In this document: positions 1 through 8,774 of the stretch, piece by piece
Layout of the letters: the number at the start of each line of letters is the position of its first letter
Numbering within the stretch: position 1 is the first letter of the stretch
NCBI GenBank assembly: GCA_905478225.1
Contig: CAJQHR010000023.1
Span: 2,948 to 66,947, forward strand
Direction: 5' to 3'
DNA: 64,000 nucleotides
Source: an uncultured Crocinitomix sp.
Lineage (GTDB): Bacteria; Bacteroidota; Bacteroidia; Flavobacteriales_D; Crocinitomicaceae
Notes under the pieces: model-generated
Told to the model about the DNA's origin: nothing
Database searches by the model: none
The model's input: the letters and a program-made list of their open reading frames with translations, nothing else
Made by a program: the position numbers and the translations under genes

Positions 1-342
1 TTCGTCCTTTGTAAGTCTTATGGCAATACTTTTTTCTAGCCCCAACACTAATTTTGACACATATTGTCCATTCGGATAAACAATCGTAAGCGGTCGCTCA
101 GCATAATCTAACAGGTCAAAACAAACATCCGGAATTTCCTTTACATAACGTTGCAAAAGACCTTCATTGTTTACAAGTACGATTAAGCTTTTATTCTTTG
201 CTCTTTTTTTTATCGCTAAAAGTTTTTCTAGCGCCTGTTCGTTGTTCGGGTCACAGCCCAACCCCCAAATCGTATCAGTCGGATAGAGGATGACTCCACC
301 ATTCCTAATTGCCTCAAATGCTTTTTGAATTTCTTCTTTCAC
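1..342 (-). CDS. tsaC: L-threonylcarbamoyladenylate synthase (TsaC/YrdC/Sua5 family); 3' end lies beyond the window edge
   Basis: Hand translation of the minus strand from GTG at 342 gives VKEEIQKAFEAIRNGGVILYPTDTIWGLGCDPNNEQALEKLLAIKKRAKNKSLIVLV... The block YPTDT-x-WGLGCD is the YrdC-domain signature. An in-frame TAG just upstream fixes the start. It is absent from the ORF track because it runs off the window. Confidence 0.8.
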   Translation of the reverse strand, partial: MKEEIQKAFEAIRNGGVILYPTDTIWGLGCDPNNEQALEKLLAIKKRAKNKSLIVLVNNEGLLQRYVKEIPDVCFDLLDYAERPLTIVYPNGQYVSKLVLGLEKSIAIRLTKDE

Positions 343-388
343 GGTACAAAACTAGTTAAATTTTCACCTATGCTTTCAATTTGGCGCA

Positions 389-424
389 TAAAAAAGCGCT
401 CGTCCCAATGAAGAGACGAGCGCC
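389..424 (-). terminator. Rho-independent terminator downstream of the 448..1473 gene
   Basis: 9-bp GC-rich stem gcgctcgtc (396-404) / gacgagcgc (415-423), followed on the minus strand by a U-run (plus-strand A-run 390-395). Confidence 0.7.
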
Positions 425-447
425 AATATTTTGATTAATTCGCTAAA

Positions 448-1473
448 TTATTTTACAACGAATTTTTCAGTTCTTGTCGCAGATCCCTTGGTCGCTTGAA
501 CGAAGTAAACGCCCGTGCTTAGTTCAGATACATCTACATTAACTTGTGTTCCAGGATTGTTGTAAGTGGTTACAACTTGTCCGATAGAATTTAAGATCGT
601 TAAAGATTCTGTTCCTTCAACAGTTGAAATTGTTGTGAAGTTACCAGAAGCAGGATTTGGATAAACTGTTAAGTCTAATTCCGCTTGAGTTGTTTCTTCA
701 ACACCTACTATCTCAGTGATTTCATCAATTGAATATACCGCAGTAAATCCAAAATCTCCGCCGGCTCCTAACTCAGCCAATACTGATCCATGGATGAAAA
801 TTGCCATGTTGTCTGCAGAAATATCATAATATACATAGCTCTCGCGTGTAATAATTGCAGGAGAACCTAAGATAATTCCTTCAGACACCTCAAGTGTATG
901 AACACGAATTACGTCTGTATATACAGACGTTCCAATTTTCAAGACACCTGTTCCATCACAAGTAATTGTTGCAGATCCGTCAATTGCAACGTCACCAGCT
1001 AAAGGTAATGTAGCAGTTCCATTGATAGCATCATCATAAGTTGTACCCAATGTCATTGGAAACTTTGCGGAAATTAGTGGATCAATATCATATTTAATGA
1101 TGAAATCATTTGATAATTCTTGGAAAACAAAGCCGTGAACTATTACTTCACCAGCATCTGCATCATTCGAAAAGAATGTGTTGATACTGTTTTCAAAGTT
1201 TTCAGCATAAACTGAAATTGGATAATCATCTGAGAAATCACTTGTTTCTGCAGGAATTACACTGTTGATATTCGGAGCAATTCCGTATCCGCCGATTCCT
1301 TCATAATCCCATGTAACGCCTGCTCCAACTACATCTGGATAAGCGGTTGCATTACTATCAAGCACATAGTATGTTTGAGAATCACCGGTCGAAAGTGTAT
1401 CCGAAAGGTTAATTGTTTGTGCCGATCCGCAGAATCCAGCAGAAATTACCATTAAAAGTAAAGGTGTTTTCAT
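448..1473 (-). CDS. Secreted protein of unknown function with a T9SS type-A C-terminal sorting domain
   Basis: The track ORF 448..1518 starts at a TTG. The first ATG (1473) gives the signal peptide MKTPLLLMVISAGFCGSAQ. The C-terminal ~75 aa (LTVYPNPASGNFT...GVYFVQATKGSATRTEKFVVK) fit the Por/T9SS CTD (TIGR04183) pattern. Confidence 0.8.
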   Translation of the reverse strand: MKTPLLLMVISAGFCGSAQTINLSDTLSTGDSQTYYVLDSNATAYPDVVGAGVTWDYEGIGGYGIAPNINSVIPAETSDFSDDYPISVYAENFENSINTFFSNDADAGEVIVHGFVFQELSNDFIIKYDIDPLISAKFPMTLGTTYDDAINGTATLPLAGDVAIDGSATITCDGTGVLKIGTSVYTDVIRVHTLEVSEGIILGSPAIITRESYVYYDISADNMAIFIHGSVLAELGAGGDFGFTAVYSIDEITEIVGVEETTQAELDLTVYPNPASGNFTTISTVEGTESLTILNSIGQVVTTYNNPGTQVNVDVSELSTGVYFVQATKGSATRTEKFVVK

Positions 1474-1515
1474 AAATTTCGTTTTAAATTTGTCAAAATT
1501 TTTGATTTGTAAGTT

Positions 1516-1523
1516 CAAATCTA
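1516..1523 (-). promoter_or_regulatory. Bacteroidota-type -7 promoter box (TAGATTTG) for the 448..1473 gene
   Basis: The minus strand reads AAATTGTAGATTTGA and matches TAnnTTTG, 43 nt upstream of the ATG at 1473. The same 15-mer recurs at 23944..23958 upstream of another gene. Confidence 0.4.
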
Positions 1524-1554
1524 CAATTTGTTAACGAAATAAGAGGCACATAGG

Positions 1555-3876
1555 TTGGTAAGATTTAAAAAAATTTCAAAGCTCGTACTAATAATAGTAA
1601 CTTGCATCTCCGGATTCTTTCTTTATAATGTCCAAAATATTGGCTTTGATTACGATTTTGAGGCGTTTTTTGCAGAGAACGATCCGTCAACAGAATTTTT
1701 AGCGGAACATAGAGAACGGTTTGAAACAGACAATGACTTTGTTTTTATTGCGCTTGAAAACGAAGGATCTGTATTTGATCAGGCATTTTTAGAAAAAACA
1801 AGGCGCTTTGTAGATTCCTTGGCGGAGGATAGTTTGATAGAGTCTGTTCAAAGTTTAACACATATGGAAGATTATGTGAAGGCCTCTTTTTCTCCTAAAA
1901 TATTTAAGCGCCCTTATTTAAATATTGATGATCCCTCAAAATATGCCGGAGATTCAATTCGAATTTTTCAACGACCAGAAATTGCGGGAATAATGATTCG
2001 GAAGGATGCGGGTGCATTAATGCTTCTAATTAAACACCGCCCTTATCTGTCTAAAGCCGATTGTGATGTTCTAAAATCAAGCATTGATGATATGCTTGGT
2101 GATTTCGAGTTTACGAAATATAAATATGCTGGGCGTGCTATTGGCCTTGGATTCTACATTGAAGCCATGCAATATGAAACCATTTTATTTATTGGCTTGT
2201 CTTTCATTTTGATCACGCTCTTTTTGATCTTGATGTTCAAATCGGTCTGGGGTGTGCTAGTTCCGTTAGCAATTGTTTCAACATCAATGCTTTGGATTGT
2301 TGGTTTTATGGGGGCGATAGGGCAACCAATTAACTTAGTTTTAACCGTGCTTCCTTCAATCATTTTTGTAGTTGCCATGTCTGATGTTATTCACTTGGTG
2401 ACAAAATATTTTGATGAATTACGATTGGGGAAAGATAAACTTACTGCCGTAAAAGTCGCTTATAGAGAGATAGGATTTGCGACACTGTTAACTTCAATTA
2501 CAACTGCCATTGGTTTCTTAACGCTCTTAACAGTTGGAATGAAACCCATTCATAATTTTGGAATTTTTATTGCTCTAGGGGTTATGATTGCTTTTGTTTT
2601 GGCTTACACCATGTTGCCAGCAATGCTCATTTTAACAAAGCCGCCTAAAATTGTTGACATCAGTTATACCAGAAACACTTGGTATCCAATATTGCACAGT
2701 AGCCTCAGGTGGGTATTAGGTAATTACAAGAAAGTTGTAGTCATATTTATTGCCGTTTTAACCATTAGCATTGTTGGTTTTATGAAGGTGGAAAGTAACT
2801 ATTTCCTACTGGAAGATCTAAAAGAAAGTAGCAAACTACGGCAGGATTATAAATACTTTGATGAAGAATTTATGGGACTTCGTCCATTTGAATTATCGCT
2901 GAAAATTGAAAAAGAAGGGGCCTCAATGTATGATTATGATGTGCTTTCTGAATTAAATAAACTGGACAGCTTTTTAACGGAGGATTATGGTTTGAAGCAA
3001 TGCGCTTCCATTGTACAAATTCTAAAAATTGCAAATAGAACCGAACACGGTGGAAATTCGGCCTATTATACTTTCCCAGATGAGAAAGATGGGAAAAGCT
3101 ATGTGACGCGATTTGAGAAATACGATAAAACAGGTATGTTGCGTTTGTTTGTTGATTCGACAAAACAATACGCGCGATTTTCTAGCACCCTTGGAGATAT
3201 TGGATTATACGCCGTAAGTGACAAAACGGAGCGCTTTGAAAAATTCTATGAAAAGGAGATGAATTCAGAATTACTGTCTTATGAGTTTACAGGAACAGGA
3301 CACCTGCTTGACAGGAATATGAGTAGTTTATCAAGAAATTTAACAAGGGGATTATTGCTCGCTGTACTTATTGTTTCATTGATCATGGGCTTTTTATATC
3401 GCTCCATAAAAATTGTCTTAATCGCTTTAATACCGAATATTTTACCATTAGTTATGCTGGCCGCTATTTTAGGTTTTACAGGAATACAACTTAAAGTGTC
3501 TACTGCAATTATATTTACGATATCCTTTGGTATAGCAGTGGATGACACCATCCACTTTATGAGTAAATTAAAGATAGAACTCAATAAAGGCAAACCATTT
3601 TTATACGCCTTAAAACGCACCTATATGTCAACCGGCCGTGCGATAATTTTAACCACTTTAATATTGTGTTCCGGCTTTTTATTGTTGATGTTCTCTGATT
3701 TTATGGGAACCTTCTACGTAGGCTTATTGATTAGCCTTACGCTTCTTTTTGCTTTATTGGCCGACTTATTTTTCCTACCCGTACTTTTGATGATTTTCTA
3801 TCGGAAAAACGATCAGGTAAAAACTAAAAAGAGTCAACCAATAGCAGAGAATCAATCGACTTCAGAACCCGAGTAA
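1555..3876 (+). CDS. MMPL/RND-superfamily membrane exporter
   Basis: 773 aa with a TTG start. Two multi-TM bundles are separated by large soluble loops. The duplicated motifs VVAMSDVIHLV and GIAVDDTIHFM are typical of MMPL/SSD transporters. Confidence 0.8.
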   Translation: MVRFKKISKLVLIIVTCISGFFLYNVQNIGFDYDFEAFFAENDPSTEFLAEHRERFETDNDFVFIALENEGSVFDQAFLEKTRRFVDSLAEDSLIESVQSLTHMEDYVKASFSPKIFKRPYLNIDDPSKYAGDSIRIFQRPEIAGIMIRKDAGALMLLIKHRPYLSKADCDVLKSSIDDMLGDFEFTKYKYAGRAIGLGFYIEAMQYETILFIGLSFILITLFLILMFKSVWGVLVPLAIVSTSMLWIVGFMGAIGQPINLVLTVLPSIIFVVAMSDVIHLVTKYFDELRLGKDKLTAVKVAYREIGFATLLTSITTAIGFLTLLTVGMKPIHNFGIFIALGVMIAFVLAYTMLPAMLILTKPPKIVDISYTRNTWYPILHSSLRWVLGNYKKVVVIFIAVLTISIVGFMKVESNYFLLEDLKESSKLRQDYKYFDEEFMGLRPFELSLKIEKEGASMYDYDVLSELNKLDSFLTEDYGLKQCASIVQILKIANRTEHGGNSAYYTFPDEKDGKSYVTRFEKYDKTGMLRLFVDSTKQYARFSSTLGDIGLYAVSDKTERFEKFYEKEMNSELLSYEFTGTGHLLDRNMSSLSRNLTRGLLLAVLIVSLIMGFLYRSIKIVLIALIPNILPLVMLAAILGFTGIQLKVSTAIIFTISFGIAVDDTIHFMSKLKIELNKGKPFLYALKRTYMSTGRAIILTTLILCSGFLLLMFSDFMGTFYVGLLISLTLLFALLADLFFLPVLLMIFYRKNDQVKTKKSQPIAENQSTSEPE

Positions 3877-5584
3877 TTGGGTATATGTTATTCGAGCGTT
3901 CGTAATTGGGCGATTTTTTATATAAATAATAAAGTTGCTCAAAGGAACTACTTGCAAAGGTTGAATCATTGGCTTGTTTGTATTCGAAGTCAGTTCTTAA
4001 TCTAGGATCATTCTTTAGCATCTCGGCGGCTTCATCCTCAAAAACATAGGCAGAAAACCATTCTTTTTGTTGCAATACGGCATCAAAATAATTCCATGCA
4101 AAATAACTATCCGGTGCATGTGGTTCAAGTGTTTCAATGATAAAACGGATGTTTTCATTCTTAACGGGCACAACGTAATCTCCTTTTCGGTAAGTCATGT
4201 TCTGTTTTACTGCATTCACCTTTACGTTGGAGTGCAGATAATGCCCTTCATATGGTGACTTTTTGGTGTCATAATCTAATATTTCGTATAATTCTACCAC
4301 CAATTCCGTTTCTTCTTTCAACTGATAAACCGCGATTTGATTGGCTTTTAGTCGCTCAATAATTATATCCCATGTTTGCGGAATAATATAATATTCAGGA
4401 GCGTCAACAAATGTAGTTGGTATATAGGTATGAAAATATCTAATGTGCTTTTCAAACGGAAGATCACGATTATAAAATAGGCGATCTATTCCTGTGACGT
4501 CACTTTTTTTGTATTGCGCCTCGTAACCTAAAAACGGAATCGTGTCAAATTCGACCGTGTTTAACATCCAATTCAAAGCAAAACGCTTTGTTTCAATAAT
4601 GGCTTCACGTGATTCTTTTCGTGCGGCTTCTAACTCTATATGGTTAACCTCTGCATAATTGATCATTTCTTTTAATAATAAATAAGTTGATTTAACGCGC
4701 TCTTCGTAGGTTTTAAGCATGTGCGCTTCAGCTACGTAGCTAATTGTGTTAAACAGGTTCGTATAGCCTGTTGAATAACGTGGCGTTTCTAAATAATCCT
4801 TAATTCCGTTGTCTGGAATTCCTTCTATAGTGTGCACATAGGGTACCATTGGATAGTTGCCTTCGGCCATTTTTTCAAATAAGTACGGATTAAGCTTGTT
4901 TTCTGTATAATTAGCCAAGGCAGGGTTCATTTTATTGAGCTGACTCGTTATTAAGGTCATGGTGTGTTGATAATCGGCTCCGTTTGAAGTATGTGTATCA
5001 ATAAAAATGGAAGGGTTCAAATAATGAAATATTTTATAAAAAGCCAATGTGTTTTTACTGTCCGCCTTAATAAAATCTCGATTCAAATCGAGGTTTTTGG
5101 AGTTCCCACGGAAACCATATTCTAATGGGCCGTTTTGGTTCGCACGGCTACAGCAACTTCGATTGTGCGCTCCACCAATATTATAAATAGGAATAATGGC
5201 AATGATGACGTTCTTCGGTAATCCACCCTCTAATAAATCTTGTGCTAGTTGAATCGAAGCATCAACCCCGCAGGGTTCGCCCGGGTGAATAGCATTGTTA
5301 ATAAGGATGACACTTTTTAAAGCGAATTCCGCGGCGGTGAATGTTCCGTTCTCATTTAAAATGAATAGAGGTACTGGAATTCCATAATCTGACGCTCCGA
5401 AATCTTGAAAACGGCATTGCTCGGGATACTTTTCAGTAAGCGCCTGATAAGCATTAAATGCAGAAGTAAACGTATGCGTTTCATTCTTTAAGTATAGTGC
5501 CGATTCTTGCGCAAAGCTGGTCCCAGTGATTAAACACAGTAAAAGTGCAATGAGTTTCGTGTTGAAGCTTGAAAAAATTATCAT
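3824..5584 (-). CDS. M14-family zinc carboxypeptidase, secreted
   Basis: 586 aa with signal peptide MIIFSSFNTKLIALLLCLITGTSFAQ. Zinc and substrate motifs are HPGEPCG (HxxE), NLDLNRDF and IDTHTS. Confidence 0.8.
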   Translation of the reverse strand: MIIFSSFNTKLIALLLCLITGTSFAQESALYLKNETHTFTSAFNAYQALTEKYPEQCRFQDFGASDYGIPVPLFILNENGTFTAAEFALKSVILINNAIHPGEPCGVDASIQLAQDLLEGGLPKNVIIAIIPIYNIGGAHNRSCCSRANQNGPLEYGFRGNSKNLDLNRDFIKADSKNTLAFYKIFHYLNPSIFIDTHTSNGADYQHTMTLITSQLNKMNPALANYTENKLNPYLFEKMAEGNYPMVPYVHTIEGIPDNGIKDYLETPRYSTGYTNLFNTISYVAEAHMLKTYEERVKSTYLLLKEMINYAEVNHIELEAARKESREAIIETKRFALNWMLNTVEFDTIPFLGYEAQYKKSDVTGIDRLFYNRDLPFEKHIRYFHTYIPTTFVDAPEYYIIPQTWDIIIERLKANQIAVYQLKEETELVVELYEILDYDTKKSPYEGHYLHSNVKVNAVKQNMTYRKGDYVVPVKNENIRFIIETLEPHAPDSYFAWNYFDAVLQQKEWFSAYVFEDEAAEMLKNDPRLRTDFEYKQANDSTFASSSFEQLYYLYKKSPNYERSNNIYPITRVLKSIDSLLLVDSF

Positions 5585-5660
5585 ATCCTTTTTAATAAGC
5601 TTTAAAGGTATACAAAATTCTAGGATTGCTCAGTCGAAGGGGCTACTTCAATTTTGGGCA

Positions 5661-5698
5661 TAAAAAAAGGGAAGAGCCAACCAATAACCCTCTTCCCT
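5661..5698 (-). terminator. Rho-independent terminator after the 5730..6869 gene
   Basis: Stem agggaagag (5668-5676) / ctcttccct (5690-5698), with a U7 run on the minus strand (plus-strand A-run 5662-5668). Confidence 0.75.
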
Positions 5699-5729
5699 CC
5701 GGGCAATATAGATTGCTCTACTTTGCTAA

Positions 5730-6869
5730 CTAGTTAATATTTGTTTTGCTTCGGGTTATGTTAAATCCAACACTCAATCCAGCCATTCCGCCACCTTTTT
5801 GTGAAGAGTAAAATACATTTACAGGAATGTTTAAAGCACCCGAATGAAAGGTTCTTCCTACAGCCATAATCCAGCGCGTGTTGATGTCAAGGCGACCTCT
5901 TTTATCAAGGTTTCTTGTATATTCGTATCCATAAGTAAAAGGGTTGTTCTCTCCAAACTCTGAACTTTCATAGTCTTGTTGAGTCCAATAACGCGCTTCT
6001 TTTTCTCCTAATAAGTTTTTGTTTGCATCTGTGAAAAATCCAACAGACGTTTTTGTCAGTCCAAATGATGGTCCAAAGGCAAACTCCCATCCCTGTTTTC
6101 CAAATCGAAATCCATTCAAAATAGATAAACTTGGAATAAATTGACCTTGCTCTAGTCCGGTGAAATTTATCAATCCTTCAAAAAGTGCAGAGAAATTTTC
6201 AGTCCCAATATATTGCGCTTCAAATTGGTATCCAAGGTTTGAAACAAGTGGTGAAATCTCAAGTCCACCGTATTCTTCAGGACGTGTTGCAAACTCATTT
6301 AATGTTCCTACCATATAGGCAATTCCCATTCTCGGACCTCGGTTACTCGCTTTACCAACATTGTTTGAAGTAATTAATTCATTGTTGAACATGAGTTGTT
6401 TTTTCAAAATTGGATCTACATCTACGTCATGCATTTCTTTAATCACTATTCCGATCATTCGTTGTAATTCTGCTTCTTGATTATCAAATTCAGAAGTATG
6501 CGTCTTTACAATCATTTCAGTCTTGATGTCGATTAACTTTAGTGTGATTACAATTTTGTTACCCAATCCATCAATGTTTCCAGAAAGGATATAATCAACA
6601 TTTAGTTTTTGTCCATATTCTATTAGACATGCTTTTCCGAAACAAGATTGAAACGATTCGTAATTGTCAATTTCTCTCATGTCAAATCGATCTAACACTT
6701 GATATTTGTCCAATTTAACGAGTTCTAATCGAGCAATAGTTGAAGCTGTTTCTGTTTCAGCAAAAATGCCGAATGTTTTTAATGGACCAACTCCGATTGA
6801 TGCGGCAAAGCTACTTCCTGTGAATAAGAATAATAGCGCAATAAGTATAATTGTTTTATTAGTTTTCAT
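5730..6869 (-). CDS. Exported protein, paralog B of a two-paralog cassette (N-terminal alpha/beta module plus predicted beta-rich C-terminal half)
   Basis: 379 aa with a signal peptide. It shares long identical blocks with 7436..8575: GPRMGIA, NLGYQFE-QYIGTENFSAL, NGFRFG-QGWEFAFGPSFG, NLDKRG, MAVGRTF and the C-terminal SKTNIN. I cannot assign a family confidently. Confidence 0.7.
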   Translation of the reverse strand: MKTNKTIILIALLFLFTGSSFAASIGVGPLKTFGIFAETETASTIARLELVKLDKYQVLDRFDMREIDNYESFQSCFGKACLIEYGQKLNVDYILSGNIDGLGNKIVITLKLIDIKTEMIVKTHTSEFDNQEAELQRMIGIVIKEMHDVDVDPILKKQLMFNNELITSNNVGKASNRGPRMGIAYMVGTLNEFATRPEEYGGLEISPLVSNLGYQFEAQYIGTENFSALFEGLINFTGLEQGQFIPSLSILNGFRFGKQGWEFAFGPSFGLTKTSVGFFTDANKNLLGEKEARYWTQQDYESSEFGENNPFTYGYEYTRNLDKRGRLDINTRWIMAVGRTFHSGALNIPVNVFYSSQKGGGMAGLSVGFNITRSKTNIN

Positions 6870-6874
6870 AATTT

Positions 6875-7429
6875 TTAGTTTAAAATGCTGATACCAATCA
6901 GGATAAAAGCAAAGATTTGTACCAGTGAACCAACTGCTGTTCCTCCCATAGTCGAGGATAACTTTTTGGATTTAATTGTTTTTTCCGTTTCTGTTCTTAA
7001 TTCATGATCATTTACTGCAACGTAAGTGGAATCTGAAGTGATGTTTGATTGAACTTGTTTTTCTTGTTTTGAATCAATCAATACGTAAGGAATATCTGGC
7101 ACTAAGCCCAGGAAATTCATGAACAGACCAGTTGTAAATCCAACTGCAAAATCATTTCCACTTTTATATTCACTTGCCACTTTCTGCCTCGCAGATTCAA
7201 TCAAAATCTCTTCTTGTTCAAAGGTTAAAAGTTCATCCGATTTGGATTCAACTTCCTTGACAATGATCGTGTCCTTTTTAGGTTGTTCTGCAGCTGTTTT
7301 AATGGTATCTTTTTGTTCAACTTTTTTATTTTGGTTGCCCCATGGATTTTTGGTGTTTTTGTTTTGCCATGGATTTTCTTGTCCGAAAGCAACCGAAGAT
7401 AAAAATAGGATTATAAATAAGGCTTTCAT
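6875..7429 (-). CDS. Small exported protein with a Lys/Glu/Asn-rich N-terminus and hydrophobic C-terminal segments
   Basis: 184 aa with signal peptide MKALFIILFLSSVAFGQ. It has NPW repeats (ENPWQNKNTKNPWGNQNKK) and a C-terminal TM segment (GGTAVGSLVQIFAFILIGISILN). Spacers to the flanking paralogs are only 5-6 nt, which suggests an operon. Confidence 0.6.
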   Translation of the reverse strand: MKALFIILFLSSVAFGQENPWQNKNTKNPWGNQNKKVEQKDTIKTAAEQPKKDTIIVKEVESKSDELLTFEQEEILIESARQKVASEYKSGNDFAVGFTTGLFMNFLGLVPDIPYVLIDSKQEKQVQSNITSDSTYVAVNDHELRTETEKTIKSKKLSSTMGGTAVGSLVQIFAFILIGISILN

Positions 7430-7435
7430 GGTTTT

Positions 7436-8575
7436 TTAGTTAATGTTCGTTTTACTTTTTGTCACATTGAATCCAACACTTGTTCCAATTGATCCACCGA
7501 ATTTATTGTAAGAATAATACACGTTAAAAGGAATATTTAGTGCTCCTGCCTTAAACGTTCTTCCAACAGCCATTAGCCAGTTTGTATTGATTTTAACATC
7601 ACCTCTTTTGTCTAGATTTTCTGTAAACTCATAATTTGCAAGGTCTAAATCATCATTTATAAATCCTTGGCTATAAAAATCACTTCTTGACCAATATCTG
7701 CCAGCTTCTCTTCCGAAAAGTTTTTTCCCTTGTTGTGTAAAGAAACCATCTGACTCTCTTCTAAATCCAAAGCTTGGTCCGAATGCAAATTCCCATCCTT
7801 GCGTTCCAAATCTAAAACCATTCAATAAGCTTAAACTCGGTAGAAATTGACCTTGTTCCATTCCGCTTACATTGAAAATTACTTCAGCAAGTGCCGAGAA
7901 GTTTTCAGTTCCAATATATTGTCCTTCGAATTGGTAACCTAAGTTGGTTGTGATTGGAGTAATTCCTAATCCGCCTTGCGTTTCACTTCTTCTAAAGAAG
8001 TCATATAAATCACTTTCGTGTAAAAAAGCAATTCCCATCCGTGGACCCGAGTTATTCATTTTACCTACATTATTAGAAATAATTACCTCGTTTTTAAATG
8101 CTAGGCGTTTTTTTACTTCTGCGTCAGGTTGAATGCCATGCATTTCCTGTAAGATAATGCCTAACATTCTTTGTAATTCTACTTCTTGATTATCAAACTC
8201 CATTGACCTTGAATCTTTAATGGTTTTTGTTTTGACATCTACTAGTTTAATACTGATGACAATTTTGCCTGCTAAACCGTCTACTGATCCAGAAAGAATC
8301 ATAGGAACATTTAATTTTTCCCCGATTCCTACTAAGCAACTTTTGCCGTAGCAATTCTCCAATTCGTTTTCGGCTAAAACTTCATTCATGTCGGCTTCAT
8401 CCATTACGACATATTTGTTCGTTTTGATTAATTCGAGTCGCGCTAGTTTGGCGACTATTTGTGGTGTGGCATAAATACCTGTAGTACTAAAATCAGAGAC
8501 GGCTATTGTCTGTGCATTTGCTTTTGTAAAGCTTATCCCCATTATTAATAGGGTGATAAAAAGTTTAATTTTCAT
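7436..8575 (-). CDS. Exported protein, paralog A of the two-paralog cassette
   Basis: 379 aa with signal peptide MKIKLFITLLIMGISFTKANAQ. It is the same length as 5730..6869 and co-linear with it. Confidence 0.7.
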   Translation of the reverse strand: MKIKLFITLLIMGISFTKANAQTIAVSDFSTTGIYATPQIVAKLARLELIKTNKYVVMDEADMNEVLAENELENCYGKSCLVGIGEKLNVPMILSGSVDGLAGKIVISIKLVDVKTKTIKDSRSMEFDNQEVELQRMLGIILQEMHGIQPDAEVKKRLAFKNEVIISNNVGKMNNSGPRMGIAFLHESDLYDFFRRSETQGGLGITPITTNLGYQFEGQYIGTENFSALAEVIFNVSGMEQGQFLPSLSLLNGFRFGTQGWEFAFGPSFGFRRESDGFFTQQGKKLFGREAGRYWSRSDFYSQGFINDDLDLANYEFTENLDKRGDVKINTNWLMAVGRTFKAGALNIPFNVYYSYNKFGGSIGTSVGFNVTKSKTNIN

Positions 8576-8600
8576 GATTGGTGTTTTAATTATTACAGTA

Positions 8601-8608
8601 CAAATCTA
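8601..8608 (-). promoter_or_regulatory. -7 promoter box (TAGATTTG) for the 8575->5730 operon
   Basis: The minus strand reads ccTTAGATTTGtac and matches TAnnTTTG, 26 nt upstream of the ATG at 8575. Confidence 0.4.
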
Positions 8609-8660
8609 AGGTGAACTGATTCGGATTAATAATTGAAAAACGCGAGTTTAGAATGTTATT

Positions 8661-8679
8661 TGCGATTATCACAAATGAC
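8661..8679. promoter_or_regulatory. Imperfect 19-bp palindrome, candidate operator
   Basis: ATTTGCGATTATCACAAAT pairs as ATTTG-N-GAT-N-ATC-N-CAAAT (16 of 19 positions symmetric). It lies ~85 nt upstream of the cassette start codon and upstream of the -7 box. Confidence 0.25.
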
Positions 8680-8719
8680 TAAATCAAGAAAATAACTGGT
8701 GTGAGGTAAAGTTTGGGAA

Positions 8720-8749
8720 TAAAAAAAGGACCGTTTGAAAAACGGTCCT
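8720..8749 (-). terminator. Rho-independent terminator after the 8775..11336 gene
   Basis: Stem aggaccgtt (8727-8735) / aacggtcct (8741-8749) with a 5-nt loop and a U7 run on the minus strand. Confidence 0.8.
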
Positions 8750-8774
8750 TGGTGTTTTTTGAGGGGAGGTATCT

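Noticed and set aside
3824-3876. 53-nt convergent overlap of the MMPL exporter and M14 carboxypeptidase 3' ends (also a 4-nt overlap at 20644..20647 and a 47-nt same-strand overlap at 25218..25264).
   Set aside because: Overlapping gene ends are common in compact genomes. Both reading frames have family-consistent termini and nothing suggests a mis-assembly or a regulatory element.
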